This document shows, piece after piece, positions 51,450 through 63,743 of a stretch of DNA of 64,000 nt (within the stretch, counting starts at the first letter, position 1; every line of letters begins with the position of its first letter). Source of the DNA: Octopus bimaculoides (taxonomy: Eukaryota); contig NC_068992.1 of assembly GCF_001194135.2 (NCBI RefSeq), forward strand, positions 33,192,366-33,256,365, written 5' to 3'. The notes under the pieces are model-generated. The model saw nothing but the letters and a program-made list of their open reading frames with translations. It was not told the DNA's origin and did no database searches. A program made the translations under genes and the position numbers.

Positions 51450-54400
51450 CATGTGCATTTGTGTCTGTGTGTGTGTCTGTGTTTGTGTGAGTGTGTATGC
51501 ATTGTGTCTATAACAAGGACACTGAGTTTCATTATCACAATATTTGTTACTTTAAGAAGATGCTCTATGATTATAAAATTTTCAGTAGTGTGTAATTGAT
51601 GTGATTTTCCATCATTGTTTTTGCTATAGTTGTAAATTTTATGTGATGTAAACGTTCCACAAATTTGCTCACAATATTATTGTTTCAAAATTTTCCAAAA
51701 AGATTGTAGGGTTATTTTATCTTGTTCTGAGCCTGTTCACACTTCTACTAAAATTTTACTACTGGTAATTTCCGCATTAATAACATTATTTGTTATTGAT
51801 TAATGAGAGCTTAGTTTTGCATTAACGAATAAAGTGTTTTCATTGAGTCACTTCATCTTAAATGCTGGAACGTGTATGATTTTTACATCTATGTGACTGT
51901 ATAACCTTGATGTATGTTTGAATGAGTTTATTCATGAAAAATTCTTTTTAGTTTGGTTGTTGTGATGTCTTTTGTCGGATTTTATTCACTGTAATATTTT
52001 CCTGAAGTAATTATATTTGTAATTAACACAAATCAATAATAATTAATTAAAAAGAAACACACCAATTAATGAAATTAATTACAATAATTTACAGATGTAA
52101 TTAAAAAATTCATTCAACATCATCCAGGGAAATCCTAGGTTTCGACCCACTGCCAAAAGCTTTACTTTATGTTTAATTTGTTTTAATTACTCCAGCTGTG
52201 TTTTTACAAAGTAATCAGCTGTGCTTCATTAGCATCATGCAGTTAAGTGACATGCTGAGAATGTATTGATAATCTATAGAAGTAAAACAGCTGAATGAAT
52301 AGAGTATTAGACTAACAGCTCAAAAGTCACCAGTTCAAATTCTTTGTAGACATACAACATTGTGTGTTAGTACACTATTGTCAATTTTATGCACCACACT
52401 TGACCCATCTATAACAGAAATCAAATAGTGTTAGAAACAAACCTGAAATAGATTAGAATCTTATCCAAGAAGATAAGGAGATTGATCTCCCATTAATTTC
52501 ATTCCAACAAAAAGAAGTTAAATAATGGACGTGTGTGTGTGTTTACATATGTATGTATGTGTATGTGTGTGTGTGTGTGTGTGTATGCATGTATGTATGT
52601 ATGCATGCATGCATAATATGTATGTATGTATGCATGCATAATATAAGCCTAGAAATAACACTTTACAGAGTTGCTTCACTTACTAGAAATAACAAACCTT
52701 CAACATGTTTAGTTTGGAAGAAAAAATAACGAAAGAAAGATTGTATTATGTGACCAAAGGTGCACTGAGTTTCCAAAAAAGAGCATGTGATGGTTACATT
52801 TGAGATATTGTGTTCATAGATAGAGTCAAATGTCCCTAATCTTGAGACGAACAGATATGTTTGGCTAGTTTGGCAGAAGGATGCTCAGAGAAACAGATAG
52901 TTAGATAGTTAGAGTGTTTTTGTGATGCACTGATTTCAAGTAAGTTTTCTGTGAAGTTGTTGCTGATGTTGTCATTTATTTTTAAATCAGCAGTGACTGA
53001 GCAGACTTATGATGAAAAGCATTTCAAGTATAACCATTCTATCTATCTGTTAGTATATTTAAAGTGTGATATTTAGAAATTTGTCCATTATTTCTATCCT
53101 ACCAAGTATGATGTATGCATACTTTCTTTATCTAAGCTCTTCTTAATGGAGTTGAAGCCAGTTGTTAACAAGGCAACAAGACTTTATGAGTTATGAAAGT
53201 ACCCGGGGCTTTGTAAATATTCAGTTGAGTTGGTGCATGCATATATGTAGATGTATGCACCTGCATTTGTGTTCCATATGAACTTATGTCTTTAGTGCTT
53301 AGATGTCTGCCTGTGGGTAGGCAGTGTCACTACCTTTTACATGTATTTCCTTGTACATGCACACAACCAAGCTGTGCATAAATTCATTTTAAGAATTCCA
53401 GATGAGAAGTCTTTGGAATATCTTACAAATTTTCACTATGCCACCAATAGATTATATTTGGAGGATGCACATTTGCATTTTTTCTTTTTTTTACTTTTTC
53501 CTAGGAAGTGCTGGTATTTCTGGGTTTTCATGCAAATCCAGAGACATAGCTTAATGTACCTACGATGAGAGGTACAAATGATTTAAGAGTTGTAACTTAC
53601 ACATTTTTTCATCATAAATCTTCTATTTCTAGGCTTTAGTTGGTTTATCTATACCCTCTTGGCAGCAGACCTCTGCAATGGTGTATGATGTTTATTCCCA
53701 TTCCCACAGAATCATATCAGCTCTGTCATGTGTGTACTGAATTTCTCTTTTTATTGGAATATTCCACCAATATTCCCTTTTTTTTTTTTTTTGAAGGTAT
53801 AAACACATCCTGGTTCTGATGTGTCTCTGATGTATCTATCAGGGCAATCTTCCCTGCAGTTAGCATTGATTGTAAATAGATTTGCAACTATACTATGTCC
53901 CAAGGGTAGGTAATATCTTTGCTGAAATTTTAGGGTAATGCTGATGATGTTATATCTTCTACATTGGTGTAGCATAGCCAACATTTTCTGTCACCATGTG
54001 GAAGTTTGGTGACATCTTTGTCTCATATTTGTACCAACTCAAGCCCAGAAAAAGAGAACATTATAGGGGACAAATATGCAACTTACAACTCTTATAACTT
54101 AACTGGCACTCCCTTGCTTATGATGACAAGGGTTCCAGTTGATCCAACCAATAGAACAGCCTGCTCATGAAATTAACATGCAAGTGGCTCAGCATGGTAT
54201 TTTTAGCCAATTGCGAGAATTTTCTGCGTTTAGCAGAGCAGTGTCAACTTTATAGTTGTACCCTGTGAAATTTATAGTTTAGCGTCTGACCTGTTCATTG
54301 TAGGTTTCTAAATAAAAAGAAATACCTAATAAAATCAACATGTATCATTTTGCTTTTTCTTTTGTCTCTTCATTGATTGTATGTTTTTATCATTTTCTAA

Positions 54401-55046
54401 AATTTGTTATATTAATATATTTGTCAGCATGTGTTTACTTTATGCATGTTTCACTATTATGTATACCTGTATTTAAGTACATCATTAATATATAAGTGCA
54501 TTTATGTACATCCTTAATATATAAGTGCATGTGTGTGTGTGTGTGTATGTGTGTGTGTGAAAAGGGGGCGTCTGTCTCCAAAACTCCAAAGCTGAGTAAC
54601 GTTTCCATGCTTGGATTTGTAAATTGCGATAAGAATAACAATGGTCAACAAAGAATTTGTCTTAAGGAAAAAAATACCTCCGTCTTATATGTTTTTTGCA
54701 TGCAGAATTCAAAAATAATGTCAATTTAGCTGTATCACCCACAGTTTCTCTGTTCCATGATATCCTGCTCAGTTCCTGTAACGTGGTCTAAATTTCAATT
54801 AAGCTGTTGAATTGTGAAGCTAATAGTTTAAGAAATACTCCTAATTAAAATTTTTATGAATAGAATTAACCTAGTGAAATCATAAATCCAACTATCTGAA
54901 CCAATGAGTCCCCAAAATATATAAAATGAAAAATATGTAAAAATACCAACACAGAAAAACCACAGAAAAATACTAACACAGAGAATCACAGAGAAATATA
55001 TAATATACTAACACACAGAAAAATTAAAACCAAAATACAGTGTGTG

Positions 55047-55060
55047 GTTGTCATGGTAAC
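55047..55060. promoter_or_regulatory. RFX X-box-like motif GTTGTCATGGTAAC
   Basis: Matches GTHNYYATRRNAAC and differs at two positions from the palindrome GTTGCCATGGCAAC. Confidence 0.45.
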
Positions 55061-56355
55061 AAGCTGCTAATACCATGCTGTCTGTTCATTACCCAGAGTT
55101 CCCACCATTAATTCTAAATAACATCAGATTCTTTAATTTACATGATAAAGTAATTGGTTGATCGTAATCAAAATTCAGAGTTGCATCGATACACCAAAAT
55201 TGAAAGCAATCTGAGCAAAATTAAGTAGGAGCTTATTTTGCAAATGAGAAAGACTAGATCCCAAGTTTTCGTTGAGGTTGATCAGTTCAGCTTCCTTTGG
55301 GTCATGCGAGACAGTTTCACACTCTGAGTACCTACTCAGGAGTTCTTTCTGTACTTTGAAGATGTAATTTTTTATCACTTTTCAGTATATATTTAATATA
55401 CTTGTTTCTTTATTTATTTTTCAGCAGGTAGGTGTGGCCTGAGTGATACAATACAACACTCAAAGACTGGATTGAGCTTATGCCTCTGCTATTCATCATT
55501 TAATTTTAGTTAGATCTTCTTACTGTTACTGTTGATAAGGAAGTTGCCATTCATGGTAAGTATCTTTCAAGCTTTGATATCCAGACAGCAGATCTCAGAG
55601 TGTCCAGTTTAATATATCAAATGTTGGTATAAGCACTGGCAATGCAAAAGCATTGTGGGATATGGTCATATTAAATACAGACAGCTGTGTGTGTGTGTGT
55701 ATGCCTCTGTGTGTAGTTTGGTTGGTATGTAGTTAGGTACATATGTACGTAAGTGTGTGTGTGTATGTGTGTGTGTATGTATGTCATTATTCAGTTTCAT
55801 TTCTATATTTCTTACCAATAGAGAAAGAGTTGGTTTTTAACCTAGATCCAAGGCTCCTTCATTGGAATTTCAACACCAACAACAAGGTATTTTTGTTTGT
55901 GTGTATGCATATGCGCAGATTTGTAGGTTTTGCTTTATGTATGTATTTTCAGGCATATAGTTACATATCTAGACATGTTCATATTTAAATAATAAACTTC
56001 TGTAAAGCTTTACAGATTATTACAGTTCCAGTGATGGATTGGATCTGTAGTCTTCGAATTAGCTTTCTCCTTCCTTATGTATGTATGTATGTATGTATGT
56101 ATGTATGTATGTATGTATTTTTGTATGTATAGAAGCTCCATTCACTTGTTTACTCCCTTTTTGATAGGTTAATAATGATTTCTTCCATTTAATAATTTAA
56201 CTTTGCAATAAATATTTCTAAACAACACAGTCCACAGACTTGTAAGGACTGGTTGTCAGTTCTAGTTTCTTAGAATCAAAACAACTTTGAGATAAACATT
56301 CCTAATTGTATGGGCACAGGTTTATCTTGGGTATCATCTCCAGATGTTAGCAATA

Positions 56356-56760
56356 TAGGTGCAGGCATGGCTGTATGGTAAAAAAGCTTGCTTCCCAACC
56401 GCATGGTTCTAGGTTCAGTCAGTTTGGGAAGTGTCTTCCTCTGTAGCCTCAAGCCGACCAAAGACTTGTGAGTGGATTTGGTAGATGGAAACTGAAAGAA
56501 GCCCATTGTATACATATATATGTATATGGGTATATATCTACGTGTGTGTGTCTTTGTGTTTGTCCCCCATCACTGCTTGACCACCAGTACTGGTGTGTTT
56601 ACATGCCTGTAACTTAGCAGTTCAGCAAAAGACACTGGTAGAATAAGTTCTAGGGCTTAAAAATAAGTCCTGGAGTCAATATGTTCTACTAAAACTCCTC
56701 AAGGTAATGTTCCAGCAAGATCACAGTCAAATGACTGAAACAAATAAAATAATAAAAGAA
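56356..56760 (+). mobile_element. SINE family A copy
   Basis: Head taggtgcaggcatggctgtatggtaaaaaagcttgcttcccaacc, core gtgagtggatttggtagatggaaactgaaagaagccc and tail gtcaaatgactgaaacaa. Confidence 0.9.
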
Positions 56761-57257
56761 TAATATAAAAAGTACTGAGGTAAGGAATAAAATGATCCTA
56801 TCAGGAAACGAAATACCAATGGCTCATTCTATGAACCTTTACTGCAATATGCTTTCCACCTCACTAACTTGCCTTTGCACACACAATCAGATCTTGAGGT
56901 ATGCTTCATTTCAATAAATATCATTCACTTTCCTGAGCCTATAATGTAACTATATATCTTGATAATGTTAAAACTGCTAAAGTTCTTTCCTAGCCCCTGG
57001 TCAGTTTTGTAAAATAGATCAATAATCAATACCATTTCAGCTTTGACCCTAACGTCTGTTGGTTTGAACATCAAGGAATACATTATTCTTCATCAAGATG
57101 ATCAGATGTGATTTTTGTGGAGATATAATTACTATTTCTAGCAGTTTGGGAGACAGTATAGAAGACTCCTCACAGAAGAGATTGGACTGTTGACAGAGGA
57201 GTGTCATAATTACTATTGTAGTTTTCATTGGATCATCATCATTCATATCTAGTTTAA

Positions 57258-57473
57258 CCCTTTAGATTCAAACCAGCTATATTTGACCCAAGTATTCTAC
57301 TTGTTTTACATTCAAACTGGCCAGTTGCAACCTCTCACACCTACCCTACCATGTCATTCTAAAAGTAAACAATAACATCAATGAAATCCCGAAAGCAGAT
57401 AATACCAGAATAATTCAAATCAATGTGAATAAATAAGCATTACATTTGACAGAATAATCTGAATGCTAAAGGG
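57258..57473. mobile_element. 216-bp piggyBac-type MITE
   Basis: TTAA|CCCTTTAG-ATTCA ... TGAATGCTAAAGGG|TTAA; TTAA TSD on both sides. Confidence 0.88.
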
Positions 57474-58989
57474 TTAAACAGCCTAATGCCTGGTGATTGC
57501 TAAATGATCGAAGCAATCAGAATGTTAAGCATTTTCATGGAAACATGGTGCTTATCTTGATAACAAGAAAGAGTTATGGGGACGTTTAGCAGAAAGATTA
57601 AGTGGATCAAATGTCTACATAGATGTTTATTTACATGGCTCAGTCAGTAAAGCATCAGAATTCTTGTAAATTTAACTTGAGAGTCCTTTTGGAACTAATT
57701 TTATTTAAAAGAAAATGTGAATGAAGCAGATGCAATCTGATAGTGAAAATTGTAGTTTAAGAGATATAATTCAGGAAACTATAAAAATTATAAATATATA
57801 TTTATTAATTTGCTGACAGAAATATTAATAAAATACTTACACTAGTAACTCATTTTATTAATATGATACAAATTGGCTGTTATTGAATATTCTAGCCAAA
57901 TAACCAGAAATGGCCATTAAAAATAAAAATAAAAATAAATATGATATAGAAATATTCAATTTTCTTTCCATTTTAATTACTATAAAGGTAAATTAAATAC
58001 GAATATTATAATGAATTGAGAGAAATAAAATCAAAAATAAAAATATAAGGATATTGTAATGATATCAGTTAATAAGGAAAAATGTATATTACATATAATC
58101 ATGTTTAGTAAATTGTTGTCAACATCTTTAAAAGTTACACTATTTTTTAAACAATCAATAATGCAATTTTCTTCCCTCAATATTATCAAATAATATTTTA
58201 ATTGCAGAAATATTATCATGCATATTCTTATAAAGATCTCTAGCCTTCGGCTATTCCCATATGATGTACAAACTCATAAAATGAAGAGAAAAGTACTTAT
58301 ATCAAAATTCTGTATAAATTGCATGATTAAAAAAGTATAGACATATTTCATTTGAAAGAAAATTTAATTCAGCAAAAATATTCTTGCGATATTTTCATAA
58401 AATGTTCTTTTGTAATTTCTGAATCTCACTCATTAAACTGGATGCTAAATATTAATGGGCATTCACAAGGAAGTGAAAAATATTAATTATATTAGTATAT
58501 TAGTATCAGGCTCTTTAAGTAAGACTTATAGAAAACAATTCAGTGTGATTTGCAAGATGACTAAAATAATGTTCTTCACTTGATTGTTGTGGTTGTTTAA
58601 CATTCGGTGAACACTAAGTAAAACTATGGTAAACTGTGTTCCAGTTTTGATCATCCTGTCATTTTGTGCTGGTAAAACTACATTCTTCCTTTCATTTAAG
58701 ACAGTAGGTTGTGATTTGAGAGAGATTTGGCTGCTACTTCTAGCAGGCCAAGTAATGTGACTGCTCTATCTTTATTTCAGAATTCTTTATAAGCTCAGAT
58801 TCTTTCATTGACTCAGATTCTGTTACTGACTTTTGCACCATCATTGACTCATGTCCTTTTTAAACATCTGACAACTTGAATTTAAAAAAGTTTTTGACAA
58901 CTTTACCAAAATATGTAAGTCCAGCTCCTTAATGTTTTACTTAATTAACTATTGCTCTGAATGAATACTATATCAGCACCTTTGCTTCC

Positions 58990-59450
58990 ATAAATGGTAA
59001 TTTTTTTTTTTTTTTTTATGTGATCAATAAGTTTTTTTCAGTGTCTTTTTTCTCTATCCTCAGGGTAGTCTGTCTTGACCTATTTGGATTCTCAAATATG
59101 AAAATACTAGTTTTAACTTGCTGACTAATTTCTTACCACAAGCAATCGAAATAGCATGGTGAATATAATCTAAATAGCAATTGTGTGAGAACCTTTCTTC
59201 TCTTTAAGCTGAAAAATAAATTTAAAAACTCTTCAGGGATCCAGAATAATTTTCCATATTTCTGTGGTGTTCTTTTGTGACAGTAGTTTCAGCAAGCCAT
59301 GTAAATTTTCCATATTGGAATATTCATCTCACTGAAATGACTTCTGTTTTCTTTCATAGTCAGGTACCGAGAAGCAAAAAATTTTATGACATGATGGATT
59401 CTTGTCAGGATATCACCATACTTTCCTTTCTCATTCTATAATTGAAATAT
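58990..59450 (-). mobile_element. hAT (ZMYM1-like) transposase C-terminal remnant
   Basis: Minus strand 59182-59064 reads IAI*IIFTM/IACGKKLVSKLKLVFSYLRIQIGQDRL, matching the hAT dimerisation motif SFSKLKLI.SYLR..MGQ.RL. The upstream extent is uncertain. Confidence 0.65.
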
Positions 59451-61204
59451 TGTATTAAAAACACCTATGTTTCAAAATAAATTTCTGCCTATTTCTTTTC
59501 ATAGGTTGAAGTTCTCCTAGTCATAATTAAGCATGAACAGCAATCCTTTTAGATGATTTCCACTGGTGAAATCTACTCTTGCTCCTCTAGTTAGCATTCT
59601 TCATGTATTTCGCAAAATAACTGTCAACAGATAAACATGTAGATATTTTGAAAAGGGAGGAGTGAGTAACTTTCTTAACCATGAGCTGCAATTTCATTCC
59701 AAGCCAAAGTTGTTCATTGAGTGGTTCTTTGTTGGTAGGATAAGCACTTCACTGTTCTAGAAGTATTTTAAAATTAACCGTTATCATTTCTGTTCTTGAT
59801 GAGTCAAAGTATAACTGCATTTCCAGTGTCATCATTGATATGTAGAAGGCCAATGATCCATGCTATTCAATAATGTCTTCTATGATAGTTCAAGATTCTT
59901 TGGAATCACTTAGTTTACAAAAATTCAATCTCATCAACTAAAATCTTGTCAATAAACTACAACCACCACAATCTTCCCCTCTTGTCATATGCACATTATC
60001 TGTAGCAGGCTTACTTTTAATCTCATTACTAGATTTTATCTGATTTGACTTCCTCCTACACTTGTAATACAATTGTACTCCTTCCACTTTTGGCTTCTAA
60101 CAAAATTATCACTCAGATCTCCTTTGAAAGTTCTGCATATTTTAAAGAGATGCATGAAGAATCTAAACGACTTTTTGACTTCTTCCTCCTCTCAAGTTTT
60201 CTACTTACATTTCTTCAACACCATGCTCCTTCTTCTGAAGTGTATTTGTGTGTGTGTGTGTGTGTGTATTTTCTTTTACATAATTCTTTGAATTAGGGAA
60301 ATGGAACTTTTCTTGCAGAAAATTTAAATTTCATAAATTTTGCACAAAGTTTAGATTGCCCTCTTAATTTTTAAAAGAGAGTGGTCCTACTAACACGAAT
60401 TATGACAGATATTTACAGACATAAGTATTTTAAAAACATGACCATTCTAAGGATATCCACACATAGTTATTGCAGATGTATCATATATAAGAACAAAAAT
60501 ACTTTTTCCTTGCATGAGGCTAACATTTTTCATAAGAGAGGTCAGTTTCAACAAGTTGATAAGCAACCAGCAATAAAACTGGCTTCAAATAACCACTTAG
60601 CATGTTAAGAGCTATAAAAGAGAAAGGAAAAAATTTAATTAGAATTAAGATTATAAGGGAAATAAGAAGGCAGAGAATTCCATTATTCAGATGTTTGAGG
60701 AAGAGTCTTCTCAAGTAGAAACTGGTCAGTGGTAGGCTTCTTTAAGAAGTGCCAATGGAAGATTCCATAGCTTTCAAACTCTAGAAATACCATTGCTTGT
60801 TTTAAAACAATTTTTTAATGAAATAACTAATGCGAATGTTTCATAAGAAATGTTAGATCAAAAGGAGATCTTATGAGATCTTATGATAAAAAAGCAACTC
60901 TGAGACTAGGAAATATTTGACTTGAGAGAAATGCAATTTACATTGGTAACACATAAAGAGAACAAAATTACTGGATTGCAAGGAAGTTTATTGCACTAAA
61001 TCATACAAAAAGGTATATTTATATTCATTTTATATTACAATTTCTGAAGAATAGTATAACAAGTTACAGGTCTTTAATAGTTTAGTCACTGGTTTACAGC
61101 ATTTCTGATAGCAAGAATGAAAACATGAGTCACAGCAAAGCAGCTTATCTCAAGGACTTCATCAATAAAATATTGGCATTTAATTTTGTTGCTGATGTTA
61201 ATTT

Positions 61205-61415
61205 TCTGTGCTGCTAAAATTTAACAAAGGATACATATACACAGATAGATGGATGAACGGACATGCATACATACATGCATGCATGCATGCATACATACAT
61301 ACATACACGCACGCATACATACATTCATGCATGCATGCATGCATACATAAATACATAAATACATACATGCATGCATACATACATACATACATACATACAT
61401 ACAAGCATGCATGCA
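61205..61415. repeat. (CATA)n/(TGCA)n compound microsatellite
   Basis: Directly visible; explains three overlapping ORFs. Confidence 0.95.
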
Positions 61416-62225
61416 TGCTTGCTGTCAGATCATAAAAGAGGATGACCATCACCAACAAATTATCTTATCCTAGGTGTTAGAGACAATGATTTTCAGCAAT
61501 GCTTGTACTGAAAATTAAAGTAAATAACAAGTTGCACAACACTGTTAAGATGGTCACCTACAATGGCAAGTAGTCCAGAAATAAGCATGAGTGAGATCTC
61601 TTGTTTCACAATGAGGCTGGAGGGATGTTATTTTTGGAATTTCCTTTTTATACATTAGTATATACATACCTTTTTGTATAGTGTCCTATTTGCATATCTC
61701 CACTGGCCTAAAATAGTATATTATAAAATACCTACATTCAAAAACAAATTGCAGAAATATTTATTAACACTTAACCCACAAACACTACCTCCATAAAACA
61801 CAAATGTTTCTACTTACTAATCAAATTGCTTGTAGAACAAAGAAACCCTACACAAAAATATATTGATCAATAACCTTTACACCAACTCACATTCTCTTGT
61901 GGATATCAAAGCACAAGAAAAGCACATGGGATGCGGCACTAATAACCTCTACCTTCTAAATGCAAACAAGAAATATCCTAAATAACCTCAACAGCAAGTA
62001 AAGAAACTTACTGACCAGCTAAAACATACCATCCACTTGCATCCTTTTATGAACCCTTAAAAATGCTATTACAAAAGAGGCTGACACATCCAATCACTAA
62101 GTTTTTAAAGGCTGGACTAAACTTGGAAAGTTGACATTTACATTGCCAAAGCAAAGGGTTAAATCCTATAAAACCAAAATTAGTAAGACTAATGATGCAT
62201 CTACTGCCCAAAACCCTACCTACCT

Positions 62226-62455
62226 ACTTCGTTTGTTTCAAGTCTACACATGTCCTTGGCTATCACAGCCCATGTTTCACTGCCGTGTAGCATAATAGTT
62301 TGCACACAGGCATCATACAGACTACCTTTCGTTCTGATGGAGAGTCCCTTTGTTGCCAAAAGAGGTTTGAGTTTTCTGAACTTTGCCCAGTCTATTCTTA
62401 TTCTTGCAGCTACACTCTCAGAGCATCCACCTCTGCTACTGACTTGGTCACCTAT
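62226..62455 (-). mobile_element. RTE RT C-terminal fragment, inverted relative to the adjoining 3' end
   Basis: IGDQVSSRGGCSESVAARIRIDWAKFRKLKPLL..GSLYDACVQTIMLHGSETW..RLETNE. Confidence 0.92.
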
Positions 62456-62460
62456 ATATA

Positions 62461-63164
62461 TAAGACCTGGCAAGCCAAGTGAGACCATAAGCCAAGGCCT
62501 CTGCCAGGGATGTAGCCAGCCCACATATGCACACCTTTCCTTCATTGGACACTAAACTCCACTTGCGAAGACCTCTTGAAGCAAGTGAAATCGAAATCGA
62601 ACTAAATTTGACGACTGGCACCCATGCCACCGTCTCCTTCATTGGACACTGAACTCGGCTTGCAAAGACCTGTGGGGCAAGTAAAAGCGAAATCGTGATG
62701 GCACCTGTACCAGTGGAGTGCTAAGAGCACCATCTGAGCATGATCATTGCCAGAGCAGCTGTCTGGCTTCCATGCCAGTGGCATGTAAATAGCACCATTT
62801 GAGCGTAATCGTTACCAGCGTCGCCTTCCTAGCACATGTGCCAGTGGCACGTGAAAAGACATTCTAGTTAGGTCATTGCCAGTGCTGCCGGACTGGCTCC
62901 TGTGCAGGTGGCACATAAAATACACCATTTTGAGCATGGCCGTTGCCAGTACCGCCTGACTAGCCTTCATGCCGGTGGCACGTAAAAACACCCGCTACAT
63001 TCTCGGAGTGGTTGGCATTAGGAAAGGCATCCAGTTGTAGAAACTCTGCCAAATCAGATTGGAGCCTGGCGTAGCTATCTGGTTCGCCAGTCCTCAGTTA
63101 AATCGTCCAACCCATGCTAGCATGGAAAGTGGACATTAAACGATGATGATGATGGTGATGATGA
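62461..63164 (+). mobile_element. RTE ORF end, 3' UTR with ~65-bp tandem units, and (GAT)n tail
   Basis: Begins KTWQAK* (stop 62480-62482). Five units contain ccagtggca. Ends aacccatgctagcatggaaagtggacattaaacgatgatg. Confidence 0.9.
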
Positions 63165-63328
63165 TATATATATATATATATATATANNNNNNNNNNNNNN
63201 NNNNNNNNNNNNNNNNNNNNNNNNNNNNNNNNNNNNNNNNNNNNNNNNNNNNNNNNNNNNNNNNNNNNNNNNNNNNNNNNNNNNNNNNNNNNNNNNNNNN
63301 NNNNNNNNNNNNNNNNNNNNNNNNNNNN

Positions 63329-63376
<48 letters not shown>

Positions 63377-63743
63377 GTATGTATGTATGTATATGTATTA
63401 TATCACTACTTAGGGTATATCCGAGCTTTTACCTCTAGAAGTACATTTGCTTTTTCCATTATCACAACCAATTGTATCTATAGTTAGTTTGTAAATCAAA
63501 ACACATATTAAAACTGAGAATTATGGAAATATTATTTGCTAAGTTGTTAAATAACAAAACAAGTAAATGGATTATCTATTTGGTATTATCTATTCTCCAT
63601 AAACATGCGTTTCATTTGCTAATAGGAATTATAAAAATTTACATGTTAAATAGGCATGTAGGGAAATTGCTTTTAGAAAAGCTTCTGACAATGTGAAGAC
63701 AAACATATTCAGAAACACACACACACTCATATATATATATATA

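Noticed and set aside
51700-51950. Helitron helicase-like words (NVINAEIT) on the minus strand
   Set aside because: Too short and stop-ridden to distinguish from chance in AT-rich DNA.
10986-63487. Long ORFs containing X runs, or YI/CV/HT/MM repeats
   Set aside because: They are read-through of N-gaps or translations of microsatellites.
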